A stretch of DNA of 49,677 nucleotides, the filler included, from Sphacelaria rigidula (Eukaryota): the NCBI GenBank assembly GCA_964200075.2. It is 3 parts of 3 records of this genome, joined end to end, with 100 filler letters (N's around TTAATTAATTAA, not from the genome) between each part and the next. Parts side by side here need not be neighbours in the genome. Positions count along the whole stretch, not along the records: positions 16,595 to 33,086 come from CAXNAA020001337.1; positions 33,187 to 49,677 come from CAXNAA020001338.1; 1 more part is not named here. One strand, 5' to 3'. The translations under genes were made by a program, and so were the position numbers. The notes under the pieces were generated by a model, which saw only the letters and a list, made by a program, of their open reading frames with translations, was not told the origin of the DNA and searched no databases. Of the stretch, positions 26,001 to 36,639 are shown in pieces. Every line of letters begins with the position of its first letter. The stretch's first letter is position 1.

Positions 26001-27294
26001 TCAACCCTCCGACTGAAAGGGTTTTTAGATCTTCACTGCAGCACGGGAATCCAAAAACTCACGTAATACACGTTGCTGGGATTGTCGATGGGAGTTCCAA
26101 TGATCCTGGCGTCCAGCATGCTCCACCCCGCTGCCCCGGACCCTGTGCCCTTGATGACGATGTTTACCATCGTCGCGTACTGGTCGCCCAATTCTGCCGA
26201 GACGTCGAAAGACTGCCATCCAGCGACGTCGGTGCTCTCCAGGCCCTGCTTTTCCCCGCCCGCCCCATCCCACCCCACAGTGTGCATACATAAAACGCAC
26301 GCGACTAAGGATTCACGACAACAGACGGCAGGAAACTTGTGAACACTGCATAAATATTTAGATTGACAAACCATACGGGGGGGCGAAACCGCCATTTGAC
26401 TTTAGGGGGCCGGAAAAGGGTGGGGTTGTTTGTCTTGTGTTTGCATGTTTTTTGCGCGCTGTTTTTTATACCTGCTCTACACTTTCATAGTTTTTTTTCT
26501 GATCATAACACAAAAACGGAGAAAAATCTGCTCGTTGCGGAAGAATGCGCACCGTCGTGCCGTACCATCCTAGTGTACCGCCCTGACTCCATAGTGCACT
26601 GCAATGAGGGTGACGCAGCACTTGCACAAATTCAGAATAAAGGTACCAAGAGATTACGCAACTGCTGTGCCGCTGGGATACGATAGACAAAGCATCCACC
26701 GGCATTTATCTTCTGCTAATGAAATATGACTCCCTTACCGGGACCTGCCGAAAACCCGTCAAAACTGTGGACCAAGATATAGAGTTGCTGGTTGTTTATG
26801 GTTACTTTATTCATGACATACGTGCCTTCTTAAGACAAATGCCTTCCGACAACTATACCGTGGGACTCTACCCTCCCCCCCCAAAGACTTGTGATGTGTC
26901 TTTATTAGTAGTAGTAACGGTGCTAGGTCTCGAAAGGGATCGTGGACAATGGTCAAATGACAAAGACAAGCAACAGACGAGCACGCCCCCTCCGCTTTCC
27001 CCCGCTCCCCTGTCGCTCATCATCTCGTTGCTATTTACCCCTCTATGTTGTGGAATATGACAACTATTTGTCCTCACGTACCGGGATGACAAGGAAGGGT
27101 TCGCCTCTTATGCCGCTTCTCTGTTGTCTGTCATTATCCACGAAGAATTGGAGCTCGAACTTGTACGTTTCGCCGACAGGGAACTGGAGTTCGACGGCCG
27201 TTATAGTGGCGTACGAGTTCAGCGGGAAGGTGAGGTCGCGGTCTAAGGCCTCGTTGGAGTCCGATGACCACTCGAATTTGTCCGTCGTCGCCAC
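16818..27294 (-). CDS. Partial 9-exon gene: galactose-binding/F5-8(CBM32)-like domain plus pectin-lyase-like right-handed parallel beta-helix protein (gene 3)
   Basis: Exons 27294-27082, 26245-26063, 21468-21304, 20787-20714, 19578-19467, 19070-18966, 18507-18407, 17904-17817 and 17022-16818 splice in phase into about 415 stop-free codons. SDQKAIMSAI...GEVRLPLGDFLVDDNIFMKSGVVLDG matches the Pectate_lyase_3-type N-terminal cap, followed by PbH1-like coils (IDNLWIRG, NITCRDVEIRYCDGDAMVVRDS, GTGLLVENSEDIWV, YDNGVAGIHIIASNNFTF). 5' and 3' ends not found. Confidence 0.85.
17817..17904 (-). CDS. Gene 3 exon (EFLPWTIG...WVRRHT)
   Basis: ctccag|C ... ACC|gtgagt, 88 nt, phase 2-0. Confidence 0.85.
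18407..18507 (-). CDS. Gene 3 exon (NITCRDVEIRYC...AGRFD)
   Basis: cgcag|AAC ... GA|gtgagt, 101 nt, phase 0-2. Confidence 0.85.
18966..19070 (-). CDS. Gene 3 exon (IDNLWIRG...VTDSQ)
   Basis: ttcag|ATT ... CAG|gtatgt, 105 nt, phase 0-0; absent from the ORF track in this frame. Confidence 0.85.
19467..19578 (-). CDS. Gene 3 exon (YTDDDAPY...ISDAV)
   Basis: tgtag|G ... GTG|gtatgt, 112 nt, phase 2-0. Confidence 0.85.
20714..20787 (-). CDS. Gene 3 exon (VRLPLGDFLVDD...VLDG) with a GC donor
   Basis: tccag|GTT ... AG|gcaaga, 74 nt, phase 0-2. Confidence 0.8.
21304..21468 (-). CDS. Gene 3 exon (VGSTFIENW...DATGE)
   Basis: ccag|GTG ... GAG|gtgagc, 165 nt, phase 0-0. Confidence 0.85.
22050..25010 (+). 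mobile_element. Degenerate CRE-like non-LTR retrotransposon (RT, CCHC-like knuckle, restriction-like endonuclease) inside an intron of gene 3
   Basis: Frameshifted motifs: NDGLRFS (about 22700); RT VLHQGDGLRPVLFCMP and LLVYLDTV (23225-23355, from QGDxLGP and YLDD); knuckle remnant CGCNWAGCTHDHA (about 24270); RLE remnant LHQRLVHQL...MDIV...KGILI...SHYAR (24350-24720). Confidence 0.8.
26063..26245 (-). CDS. Gene 3 exon (GLESTDVAGWQSFD...NPSNVYY)
   Basis: gcag|GGC ... TAC|gtgagt, 183 nt, phase 0-0. Confidence 0.85.
27082..27294 (-). CDS. Gene 3 exon (VATTDKFEWSSD...PFLVIP)
   Basis: atcag|GTG ... CCG|gtacgt, 213 nt, phase 0-0. Confidence 0.8.
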
Positions 27295-27587
27295 CTGATA
27301 TGCATACATGGAATGAAGAGATAAATAAATTGTTATCCACCATGAATTCCGTGTGAGGAGGAAACACCAACGCTAACCTTCTAGCAACCGTGGCCTACCA
27401 AGAACCAGAAAGCTTGCTCGGGGGCAGTCGTCGGCCGATATGGCTCGCCATGGACAATGACCAGAGAGCAAGACGCGCGGAAACGGCGTGTCACCTGATG
27501 TCGTTATACGCTGTTCATCCTTGCTCACTGTTGAGAGGACATTAGTTGCTTCTCCAGTACGTTTTGGGCGTTTATCATTTGATCTTG

Positions 27588-27835
27588 GACACTTTCTACG
27601 ATAGCCCCCTCCCCAAAAGTGATGGTTCTGGGAGGCAAAAATTTCACGTAAATCGAAATGGGAAAAGCCGAGCACAACGAGCAGCTGGGAATTCTCACGA
27701 CTGGGTTTGTTCTAGCCAGTATTGCCAATATGAGGCGCTTCATGCAGCCTGAACCCAAGCATCAGGCGCTGTATGCTCATTTTTTTCATGACACTTTTGG
27801 CTGGTTTTGGGGGGGGGGCTATCGGAGAAAGTGTC
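27588..27835. mobile_element. MITE family B, complete copy with about 21-bp TIRs
   Basis: GACACTTTCTACGATAGCCCC ... GGGGCTATCGGAGAAAGTGTC; related sequence at 37896-38200 and internal fragments at about 26925-26995 and 33188-33260. Confidence 0.75.
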
Positions 27836-28077
27836 GTAGACTCTTGCGGGGAAGTATGGTTTCGCTCTGTGTAACTGCTTCGCATCATCCCTGCCGAAAA
27901 GGTGTGCCACTTGAACCTCATTTTAGAGATCAACCCCATTCTCCGGAATCCATTGTTATCTGGAGCCCAGGTTCGTGATCTCGCCAGCCGATATTCCTCC
28001 ATTTGATTACTCCCAACGGTTCCGATATCCCCCCCTCCCCATTTCCCGCGCATACATTGTTTCGTTCAACCCTTGCA

Positions 28078-28973
28078 GACATTGGGGACGACAAGAATCA
28101 TCCGAATGTTCCCACTTTCAACCACTCCATAGATGCATCGTGTGCAGCAACAGAGAGTGCCGTGTCGTTGCTTGCCGTAACGAGCAATATCTGTCTCCAT
28201 GCTGAGGGCGACGAACTTGACGTGGACGAGGGTCGAGGTATCTACGTTATCGACTCCGTGCGAGTTGCACCTCTCGGATACCCGGAGTGCTTGAGTTGTC
28301 CAAGCTTGTGGAATGTTCACCCCATATTCTCGTACCCTAGTATGCCATCAAAGGAGCGATGGGGATGTCGTTCTCGACGCTGGCCGTAGTGGCATCTATG
28401 TCTGTATGCCAAGGAGATAAGCCGAGCGCGAGCATACCGGGAAGGCCGACAGACCCTGTGTTTTTTCTTACTCCAGCTGACCCGGGCAACGAAGGGGTTG
28501 CACTACCCTCATCGCTTCCAGCCTACAGGACCGCGCCGGTGCCGTCTTCGCCTCCAAAACTTGGTAGAGACTACCTCGTGCAGCCGTACACCTCTGCTGC
28601 AATGATCGCGATCGGTCTTGCCCATGTACTGTTGGCTTCTAAGGTGGTAACAGAGGTGATCTTCTGTAGATGCGCCAAGTCACCAGTCGCTGAATCTAGG
28701 GCTGGGCCTAGGCCGGGGGCTGGGGCTGCGGTTCCCGTGCCTAAGGCGACTCCTTCAAGAACCAAGCACAGGGCGTCCGGCACCACCGCCCCCGCTGCTG
28801 CCGGTCCCGGCGCTTCTACTGCTTCCGTCGGCAGCACCAATGCAGAAAATGGTACAAAGAAGTATCATAAGAAGAAGAAGAAGAAGGACGGTGAGCGGGG
28901 CGGTGAATCATCTTCCTTAGATACTGCGACGAAAACGGGAGATTGCCCTTCCTTCGATAAGCTCGAGTGCTGA
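28078..28973 (+). pseudogene. Coding-like segment of unresolved strand and product
   Basis: ccttgcag acceptor followed by overlapping ORFs 28003..28389 and 28359..28973 (poly-Lys KKKKKK); the antisense frame is also largely open; no domain recognised. Confidence 0.25.
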
Positions 28974-29469
28974 GTGACGACCGCCACGTGTAGTAGATCC
29001 TGATTGGGAACACAAATATTTCCCGAGGTTCTTCCATGGGTGGAGCGTTGCATCAAACCTCTGTGGTCATGCTGACAGTCGTGCCTTTCCGTTGTTCACT
29101 TGCTGATGTCTCCTCAACCAACTGATGACGTCATTCACTCCAGAAATGACATAGCTACAAAGAAATAGAACATGGCACCCGAATGTCACCCCGGCACTTC
29201 TTCTCCGACGACTGATCTCAAGTAAACAACCCCAGATTCAAGCAACCGCGACAGCTACCGCTACTGTCCGTGCACGTGAACATTAGTTTGCCGGCGGAGC
29301 ATACATACCCGGCTGAATTATTCCGCTTAAGTAGCGCCTGATCTGAACGGGGTTAGCAGTCGTCTTCTCCACGGAAACTTTCCACACCCAGCGGTTGAGC
29401 ACATGGTGGTTCATGATTTTGTTGATGGAAGGAGTTCCCCCGTTACCCACGCGAGAACCGCTCCCCACC

Positions 29470-29960
29470 CTCCCAAGAATAGTCTTGGAGGTTCCTTTTT
29501 GGGGACACAGACCGGAAATTTGGGTGGCGGCATCCTCGGCAGGACAAACGCGGCGGCGTCGAAGGACAGCGAAGGCGCGGCAACCCGGTCACTGCCGTCA
29601 AGTACACTGGAAAGCGGTTGGTCCCGCAGGATGCTGGCCATCGCAGCCGCCGCCGACGGGTCCGGCGCGAAGCGACCTAGCGCCGCAGGTAACAACAAGA
29701 GCAACGGCAACGGCAACGGTACCAGCAACCCCCCCCCCCCCTTCTCAAGAATAGTCTTGGAAGTTCCTCTGTGGGGATAAAGACCGGAAACTTGGGTGGC
29801 GGCAGCGTCGAAGGGCAGCGGAGGTGCGGCAATCCGGTCACTGCCGTCAAGTACACTGGTAAGCATTGGGTCCCGCAGGACGCCAGCCGCCGCAGCCAAC
29901 GGGTCCGGCGCCAAGCAACCTGGCGGCAAAGGTCACAGCAGCGGCGACGGCCACAGTACA
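29470..29960. repeat. Tandem duplication with a unit of about 275 bp (2 diverged copies)
   Basis: CAAGAATAGTCTTGGA...GACCGGAAA.TTGGGTGGCGGC...CCGGTCACTGCCGTCAAGTACACTGG at about 29474 and about 29746. Confidence 0.85.
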
Positions 29961-30070
29961 AGAAACTGCCACGGACAACTGGGAAAGAAAGCCTTAGACT
30001 TGTCCGTGCACTAGTTCGTTCATACTATCGCCTGAATTGCGCCGGTTAGCGATGATCTCTGCACGAGCGC

Positions 30071-30596
30071 TGTGGTGGCGGAGGTTCACACGGCGGGGCA
30101 TAAACCTAAAATTCAGCGACTCCAAGCGAACACGCGATATATTTATTCATGAAGCACTGACTGCATACTGGCTCACCGTTATCGAACAGCAAACAACGGA
30201 ATGATGACAGCAAGCGGTATCCAGCACAAGGGATGATCAGTTCAACGCAGAATAGCTCCTCCTGAATGTCGGGGTGTCTTGATCACAGCTTCAGGGCGAT
30301 TCAGTTTCTTTGCCGTATCTTGGTGTTTATTATGACTCCATCAGCTCGCAAGCTCTTCGGCTCCTGAGACGTACGAACACCAGGGTGTGCCGGCTGGGAC
30401 TCGTCCTGCAAAGAACCGAACTCAAGCCGGATATAAGGAGGCATGGTTATGTATTTGTCACCAACGGATCCAAACATCCTCACCCCTGACTGCGGCACTT
30501 GCCAGTTCCTGCAGTCAGCCCTCCGGGCACTTTTTCGTCAGATCGGCGGGCCCATCATTGTACTACCCTACCGACACTACGCCGCGATCCATAACA
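30071..30596 (-). repeat. Putative 3' LTR of the Gypsy remnant
   Basis: On the minus strand the PPT GAGGGGGGG directly precedes TGTTATGG at 30596; AATAAA at 30147-30142; the end CCACCACA at 30071 is tentative. Confidence 0.55.
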
Positions 30597-30709
30597 CCCC
30601 CCCTCAGGCCTAGGCTTGAAAAGCCTGGGACTAAACGTGGTTCGACGATGGATCGCCGCGTTACCTCGTTCTTCTTTCCCAAGCAGTCAACGTAGTTTCG
30701 TGTAGCCGT

Positions 30710-30945
30710 CGATCTTGATGACCGTTCTGCCAGGTTAGACCACGTAGGGAACTGAAACACCGTGCAGGAGAGACCTCAGCCAGTCTGGGGCGACTCCCAC
30801 TTTTGTTGACCGCTCTGCCGGGTTAGACCCGTAGGTAATTTAAACACCGTACGGAAACGATCCCATCCGGTCTGGAGAAACTCTCGATCTTATTGATCGC
30901 TCTGCCGGGTTGGACCACGTAGGCAGTATAAACGCCGTATGGAGG
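30710..30945. repeat. Three diverged tandem units of about 90 bp upstream of the Gypsy PPT
   Basis: TGAYCGYTCTGCCRGGTTRGACC(A)CGTAGG...AAACRCCGT repeated 3 times. Confidence 0.75.
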
Positions 30946-33086
30946 TTATCCCCTTTCTCAATTCCGCTTGACTCGGGAACTGCTCCGGCATTTCCTTGGC
31001 TGTCGGCAAGCCGCTTACGGATCTTTGTCCCTCGGGGAATCTGCCGTAGGACTTTATCTCGAGCAATTGCGTCCTTTTCTTCTCGAGATGGTGTACCAGA
31101 TGGACACGGTCTGGTCTGCGGGTGGTACAATTCCCACAAGACATGAAGCACGTCCAATCGTAACCGAGTGAAGCTGGCCAAAGTCTTCTCCTCTGAAAGC
31201 CAGTGTGCCTCAGCTCTGTCGTGAAACAACCCTCGATTTTCCAACACCCACAGCGATACTGGGGCCAGCACTAATTTCCTATCTGTTAGAGTATAAAGTG
31301 GTGGCGCGGATGTAATATCCTCAACCAATCCAGAATCAATCCCCCCAAGCTAACTGAGAGTACTCGTCTGGAAACGAGTGCCGCAGCTGTTCTGGGCGCA
31401 CACGAAATTTCTTCACGTTAGCCGCGGACACCTTTCGCTTTCGTACTTAACGCCTCTGCACTTTGACCTCAAGGCTGAAACCTGGTATCACCACTTGCTG
31501 CACCGTCCACCGCCCACTCCAGAGTAATGCTACTGTAGGGGTTGCACGGTTTTAGCGGAATTATTTATCGGGGTGTTGGACGGGTAATTTTGAGAATTGG
31601 CATCACTTCACTTGAAAAGACTGAAAAGATGCCGATTCACAAGAAGGCCCCTGCGTGCATCTCCATGTCAGGTCCTCGGAGATTTGGGTTGCACAGTGAA
31701 CCCCATATATTTGGGCTCCTACAAAAAATAGATCCAGAAACAAGAAGTGCAACCCCTATCGCAGCATTGCTTTCCACAAGTCGTTTACTAATTTGGCCGA
31801 TACATCTTCGTTCAAAAGGCAGCTGTCGGATGCTTCAACTAGCATCAAATCTACCCATGACCCAGTTTCACCTTTATCCACAGACACACATGGTTCACTG
31901 CTTCCGAAGTAAACTTCCCCCCAGCGTCACTTCTAAGCAACTAGGGTATTCCGAACGTCAAGAACAGTTTGAGCAGACACTTTGCTACGGGCTCAGTAAC
32001 CTTGGCTGATAGTGGAGAAGTAAAGAAAAACTTGGTCGCTCGATCGACAACAACCAACACGTACCTATTACCAGAGGTAGAAACCTACTTCGTATCCGAT
32101 ATGTCTACACCTATCACCTCCCAGGGTTGCAAGAAGCGAGCGAGTCGCATCGCTACGGTGTGACTATTAGTACGCTTGCGTCGGCGACACCCACAAGATA
32201 CCACGTATTTGCGAGTATCAGCGGAAAGACCGGGCCAATCATAGCATGCGTTGACCATTGCAATCGTCCTCATCACTTCCCAATCTGGTTTACTCCAACA
32301 CAATCCAACGCCTTCCAATCCGGACCAGTGTATCACCTCCAAAAGCGCTTCGGCTACCAAAATACTTCCTCCAACTCCACAATGGATAACCAGGGTTGTG
32401 GACCGTTGCTTCGTCGGCCCTGGTATCGGATGTTCGAACTTAGACTGCGAAGGTCGTATCCCCGAAGCATCGATCGTCATCCTCACGAAGTCTTGTTGCT
32501 GGGTGCACCACTGTGATTTCTGGAAATCCACAGAGAGGCCTGCAGTCAGGAAGCAATGCAGCTCAACTCTCAACCCAGTCATGTGACTGGCGAATGTCGC
32601 ACGAGGCCACAAAAATATCGTCAAACCAATTCTTGACACCCTTCGCTGGTAAAAATGCTTCGGGTACTGTTCGAATCCACAACGTTGATATTGCCATGAG
32701 TGTCCCCTCGCATCGCGAAAATCCGTGACGTGTCGGTCCTCCTTTGCCACCTCCAACTGCATAAAACACGCTCGCTCCACTTCAAGGCTTTTTCACACCT
32801 CTATATCATGCTGCCACTTCGCTCTCACCAGAAAACATCCCCGTCGGGTCGTGACTGAGCGCGCTTGACTTGACAGCACGAAAGAGGTCCCAAGCTGCCG
32901 AATCTCCTTGGCTGGAAAGGCGGTCGGTGTCAACAGCTGCGAGGTTTGGGCGACCGTCAGACACGAACCGTACCCACGGCGCATCGGACGAAGGCCGGAT
33001 CCCGATCACCCTTCAAAAATGAAAGTGCTCCTTTTTTTCCTGAAGAAACTCGCTCGCAAAATATATCCATATAACAGCCGATTTTA

Positions 33087-33186
33087 NNNNNNNNNNNNNN
33101 NNNNNNNNNNNNNNNNNNNNNNNNNNNNNNTTAATTAATTAANNNNNNNNNNNNNNNNNNNNNNNNNNNNNNNNNNNNNNNNNNNN
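33087..33186. other. Assembly gap or contig-joining spacer
   Basis: 100 nt of N with TTAATTAATTAA at 33131-33142. Confidence 0.97.
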
Positions 33187-33286
33187 CTGTCTCGAAAGGG
33201 ATGCGTGGTCAATGGTCAAACGACTAAGGCAAGCAACAAATGAGTACGCCCCCCCCTCTGCCTTGAGCGTTGGCATCGGTTAGCGA

Positions 33287-34275
33287 GGACGCTATAACAT
33301 ACGCCGCTCTCTGCGTAAGCTAGGCTACGATGATTTTTCGCTTGCATTTTTTTTGCGGTAGCCATGATAGTCGAGTTAGATCATATTGTCCGGTGTGTGG
33401 AGGACCTCACTCTGTGCAAAGGGGATGATCGTACCCCGTAGTGTACAAATGGTGAGACACCTATGAGGCAGTGTGTAACGGGTGACTATATCTGGAGGTG
33501 GCGATATCAGAAACTGAAGCAATTAGAACGAGGCTGTCATCCGTATGCAAGATAATTAGTGCGCTTCGGGCCGAACGATCTTGATAGAATGCAGCTCGCC
33601 CTTTGTGCGACTCACCAAACACATCACGGCGATTCGCACTTGGTGATTGAGTGCGAGCCTGGTCCGGCGAAAACCCGGCGTGCTCCGTCCCGGCTTTGTA
33701 GGCATGCAGAGTCAGTGGTATTCTGACAACGGCACGCAGAATCACGAGTATCCCCCCCCACAAGATAACTGTGGCATGCATGATCACGAGTACACCACAT
33801 GATAGAGGCGGACCTCCGATGGGGTTGGCGTCGGTTTGCGATGACGCTGTAAAACACGCCACTCACTACGTAAGCTACCGATTTTGCTGCGCGCATGTGT
33901 TTTTTGCGGTAACCATCATGGTGGTCGAGCCAGATCATGTTGTGCGGCGTGGGAGAACCTCAACTCCGCACAATGGGGATGATCGCACTACGTAGTGGGT
34001 CTATGGTGAGACACCCATGAGGCAGTGTAAAAGCCGTGGCTGTCTCTGGAAGTGGCGATACCAGAAAATAAAGCAACTCACTGGAGACTGCCATCCAAAT
34101 CAAGATAATCAGTAGGCCTCGGGCCGAACAATTTTAGCAGGATACAGCCCACCCTTCATGCGACTCGCCGAACACACCACGGCGCTTTGCGCTTAGTGAA
34201 TGAGTGCGAGCCTGGTCAGGCGGAAACCCGGCGAGCTCCGTCCCGGCTTTGTAGGAATGCGAGGTCCATGGTCAT
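33287..34275. repeat. Dispersed repeat family C: two tandem copies with a period of about 555 bp
   Basis: ATGGTGAGACACCYATGAGGCAGTGT...TGAGTGCGAGCCTGGTC...GCTCCGTCCCGGCTTTGTAGG at 33287-33720 and 33843-34275. Confidence 0.85.
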
Positions 34276-35689
34276 ATAAACCCGCGATTTTGCGACGGCT
34301 CGTGCACTTTCGGGCCAAGGGGCGTTGACACACTTACCCTGTGTGTACACCGGTCAAGCACCCAGTCCATTAGTCTCTGCAGGGATCACATGAAAAAAAT
34401 AATATATTTCAAGTTGATCGTTAAAGTTGGACGATTCCATATTTATGTATGCGAGAAAGTTTGCACACACTTGTTCCACATGGCAAGTATAGCATGCTCC
34501 GTGTAAAATACGAAACACTTCAGCAGTCAACTTGGACGCTGAAGCTACCGCAGACAGAGCCAATATTGTGAAAATCTCGACATTTACCGAGTTTTGCGGG
34601 AACATGTGTTCATCTGTCAGGTCTTCATTTCTGATGTTCACCAATGCTATTAATAGTTAGCTCATCGTTCGGGCTCCCGATACGATGATGATGACAGCTG
34701 GCATGATTGCAGAGCAACATTTAATTTCTAAAACGTTGGATATCTCACGAGACCCCAGGCATTTTTTAAATTGAGAAAATGAATTGTAGTGTTGCATGCT
34801 ATCAGTACATTGAGGTCTGAGACGATGGGCTCTCTGATAGTTACATACGAGACAAGAACACCTGACTGTTATAATTAGTACTACGTAGTATACGCTTTCG
34901 CAAACACTCTCGTGTGTAATTTTCGCCGATTTATCTGCGAGTTTCTCTCCGCTGTTCCCTCGATATACGGTACTACTGAAACATGACTTCATCAACCCCC
35001 TCCCCCACGAGACTGTGCTTAGATAATGACCCTGGTTCGTTTCCACTACTCTCCCGTACCCGAACCTTATCCAGTAAGAGAAATATGTTGTACATGCATA
35101 TCTCTGTGTGGTGCCATAAGGAATCGCATTGATTCTGAACGGGAGTGATGCCGTGGTAGGGGTGCACTCTTCGGCCAAAGGTTCTCTGATTGGACATCAT
35201 GAAACAGATCTCAAGAAAGGACTGGCGCATACCCAGCGTGTTAGCAAGGCTTCTCGATAGCAGCTGTCCGGATATCCAGCTGGCTGCCTCTGGATGCCTT
35301 GCACGTAAACCCAAACCATGACGAGGTATATATATGCGATTGCCTTCTGGATATAAGATCGTTGACCCGAGAGCTCAGTAGGGATGTGGTCAGCGGATCC
35401 TCAGTGATGAGGCAGTGGAAGCAGCATGAGACAAGTGCCAGGATTGCAGAGTCGTGGTGTCGTGTACCCTATTGATTATTGCTGCTGCTATGCCTAGATT
35501 CGAAAAGAAGTGTGAGCAACGAAGTGATCTTCGGGGGGTGCCCCCCTGATTGCGTAGAAGTGGAACATGACACATGTCTAATCCTGGCAAACGGAGGAAG
35601 GCGTAACGCTGTCTTAGGACCTGGAACGATTCCTGGATCGATCCGTGATACCCCCCCTAGCCCTTTGAGCGATCCTCACGGATCGATAT

Positions 35690-36190
35690 ACCAGCACGAC
35701 ACAAAACGAAAGTAAGAAACTCCGGATGGCTCAGAACCCGCATAGCAGGAAAAAACCACCACCTCTAAAAAGCTGAGCGATGTCGAATGATCCTCGACAC
35801 CCCCCCTAGTCCTTTAAGCGGCCCTCGCGGATCGATAAACTGGTCTGATAAACAAGAAACAGAAGAAGAAAAAGGTCTCGAGGGTGAATCAAAAACCCGA
35901 ATAGCAGGAAAAAATCACCGCCACAAGACGGGCGAAACCCGGCAACGGGAAGAAAACTCCTGAACAGAACACGCCCTCAGTAGCTAAAGCCCGAAAACAG
36001 AAAAAAAGGGTCTCGAAGGGGAATCAAAAACCCGCATATCAGGGAAAAAATCACCACCACAAGACGGAGGAAATCCGGCGACGAGAAGAAAACCCCGTTA
36101 TAGAACGCGTTCTCAGTAGCTAAGGCATGAAAAAAGAAGTTCCCGAAGGTGGATCAAAAACCCGCATAGCTGGAAAAAATCACCTCCACA
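35690..36190. repeat. Internal tandem subrepeats (about 135-150 bp, 3-4 copies) of the LTR element
   Basis: TCAAAAACCCGCATAGCAGGAAAAAATCACC-like unit at about 35730, 35888, 36023 and 36153. Confidence 0.8.
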
Positions 36191-36610
36191 ATACGGTGGA
36201 GGGGGTTCGTGAGCAGATGAGGGGGTGGGGGATCTCGTGGCGTGAGGAGCGAACTTCACACCGTGTTGGCCGGGTGAAGAGGCCGGGATACTGTGAAACG
36301 CTGCAGCGGTTGAGCGGTGGTGGCTGGGGGACAGCGAAGGAACCTGATGTGGCAGTCGTGGGCGCTGGTGATGGCATTGTGGAGAACTCCGCCAACGAAA
36401 AGACCGCGGTTGCTGCAGGGACACTCGAAGGAAGACCTCCCGCGGAAGGGGTAGATGAAAAAAGGTTGAGGGCTGCCAGCCGCTAGTTTTGCAGCAGCCG
36501 GTTAACTTCATCCATCGTGAAGAATGTTTTTGCCTCCTGCCCCCGCACTGTGTTACTCGATACCACCTGCTTGCGGTACGTGGACTACGCGCCGTCAATT
36601 ACGGTGGAAA

Positions 36611-36639
36611 CTCGAGTTCGATCCTCGGATTAGACACCA
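36611..36639 (-). promoter_or_regulatory. Primer binding site complementary to a tRNA 3' end (Val-like, tentative)
   Basis: Plus strand reads CTCGAG-TTCGATC-CTCGG-ATTAGAC-A-CCA, i.e. T-arm, acceptor 3' strand and CCA, directly adjacent to the 5' LTR. Confidence 0.8.

Larger units (their letters stand above)
30071..33086 (-). mobile_element. Degenerate Ty3/Gypsy LTR retrotransposon (RT remnant, integrase, 3' LTR), truncated at the gap
   Basis: RT remnant CFMQLEVAKEDRHVTDFRD...WQYQRCGF...AGLSVDFQKSQW; integrase zinc-finger remnant YDWPGLSADTRKYVVSCGCRRRK; core PWEVIGVDI...RYVLVVVDRATKF...LLRSDAGGKFT; RT-then-IN order; RNase H apparently deleted. Confidence 0.85.

Noticed and set aside
16818-27294. 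Naming gene 3 a mannuronan C5-epimerase
   Set aside because: No DPHD motif in the visible 415 aa; fold-level resemblance only
30710-30945. CRISPR-like repeat-spacer pattern, also considered for 35690-36190
   Set aside because: Units are diverged tandem duplications inside retroelements, the spacers are not unique or regular, there are no cas genes, and the context is eukaryotic
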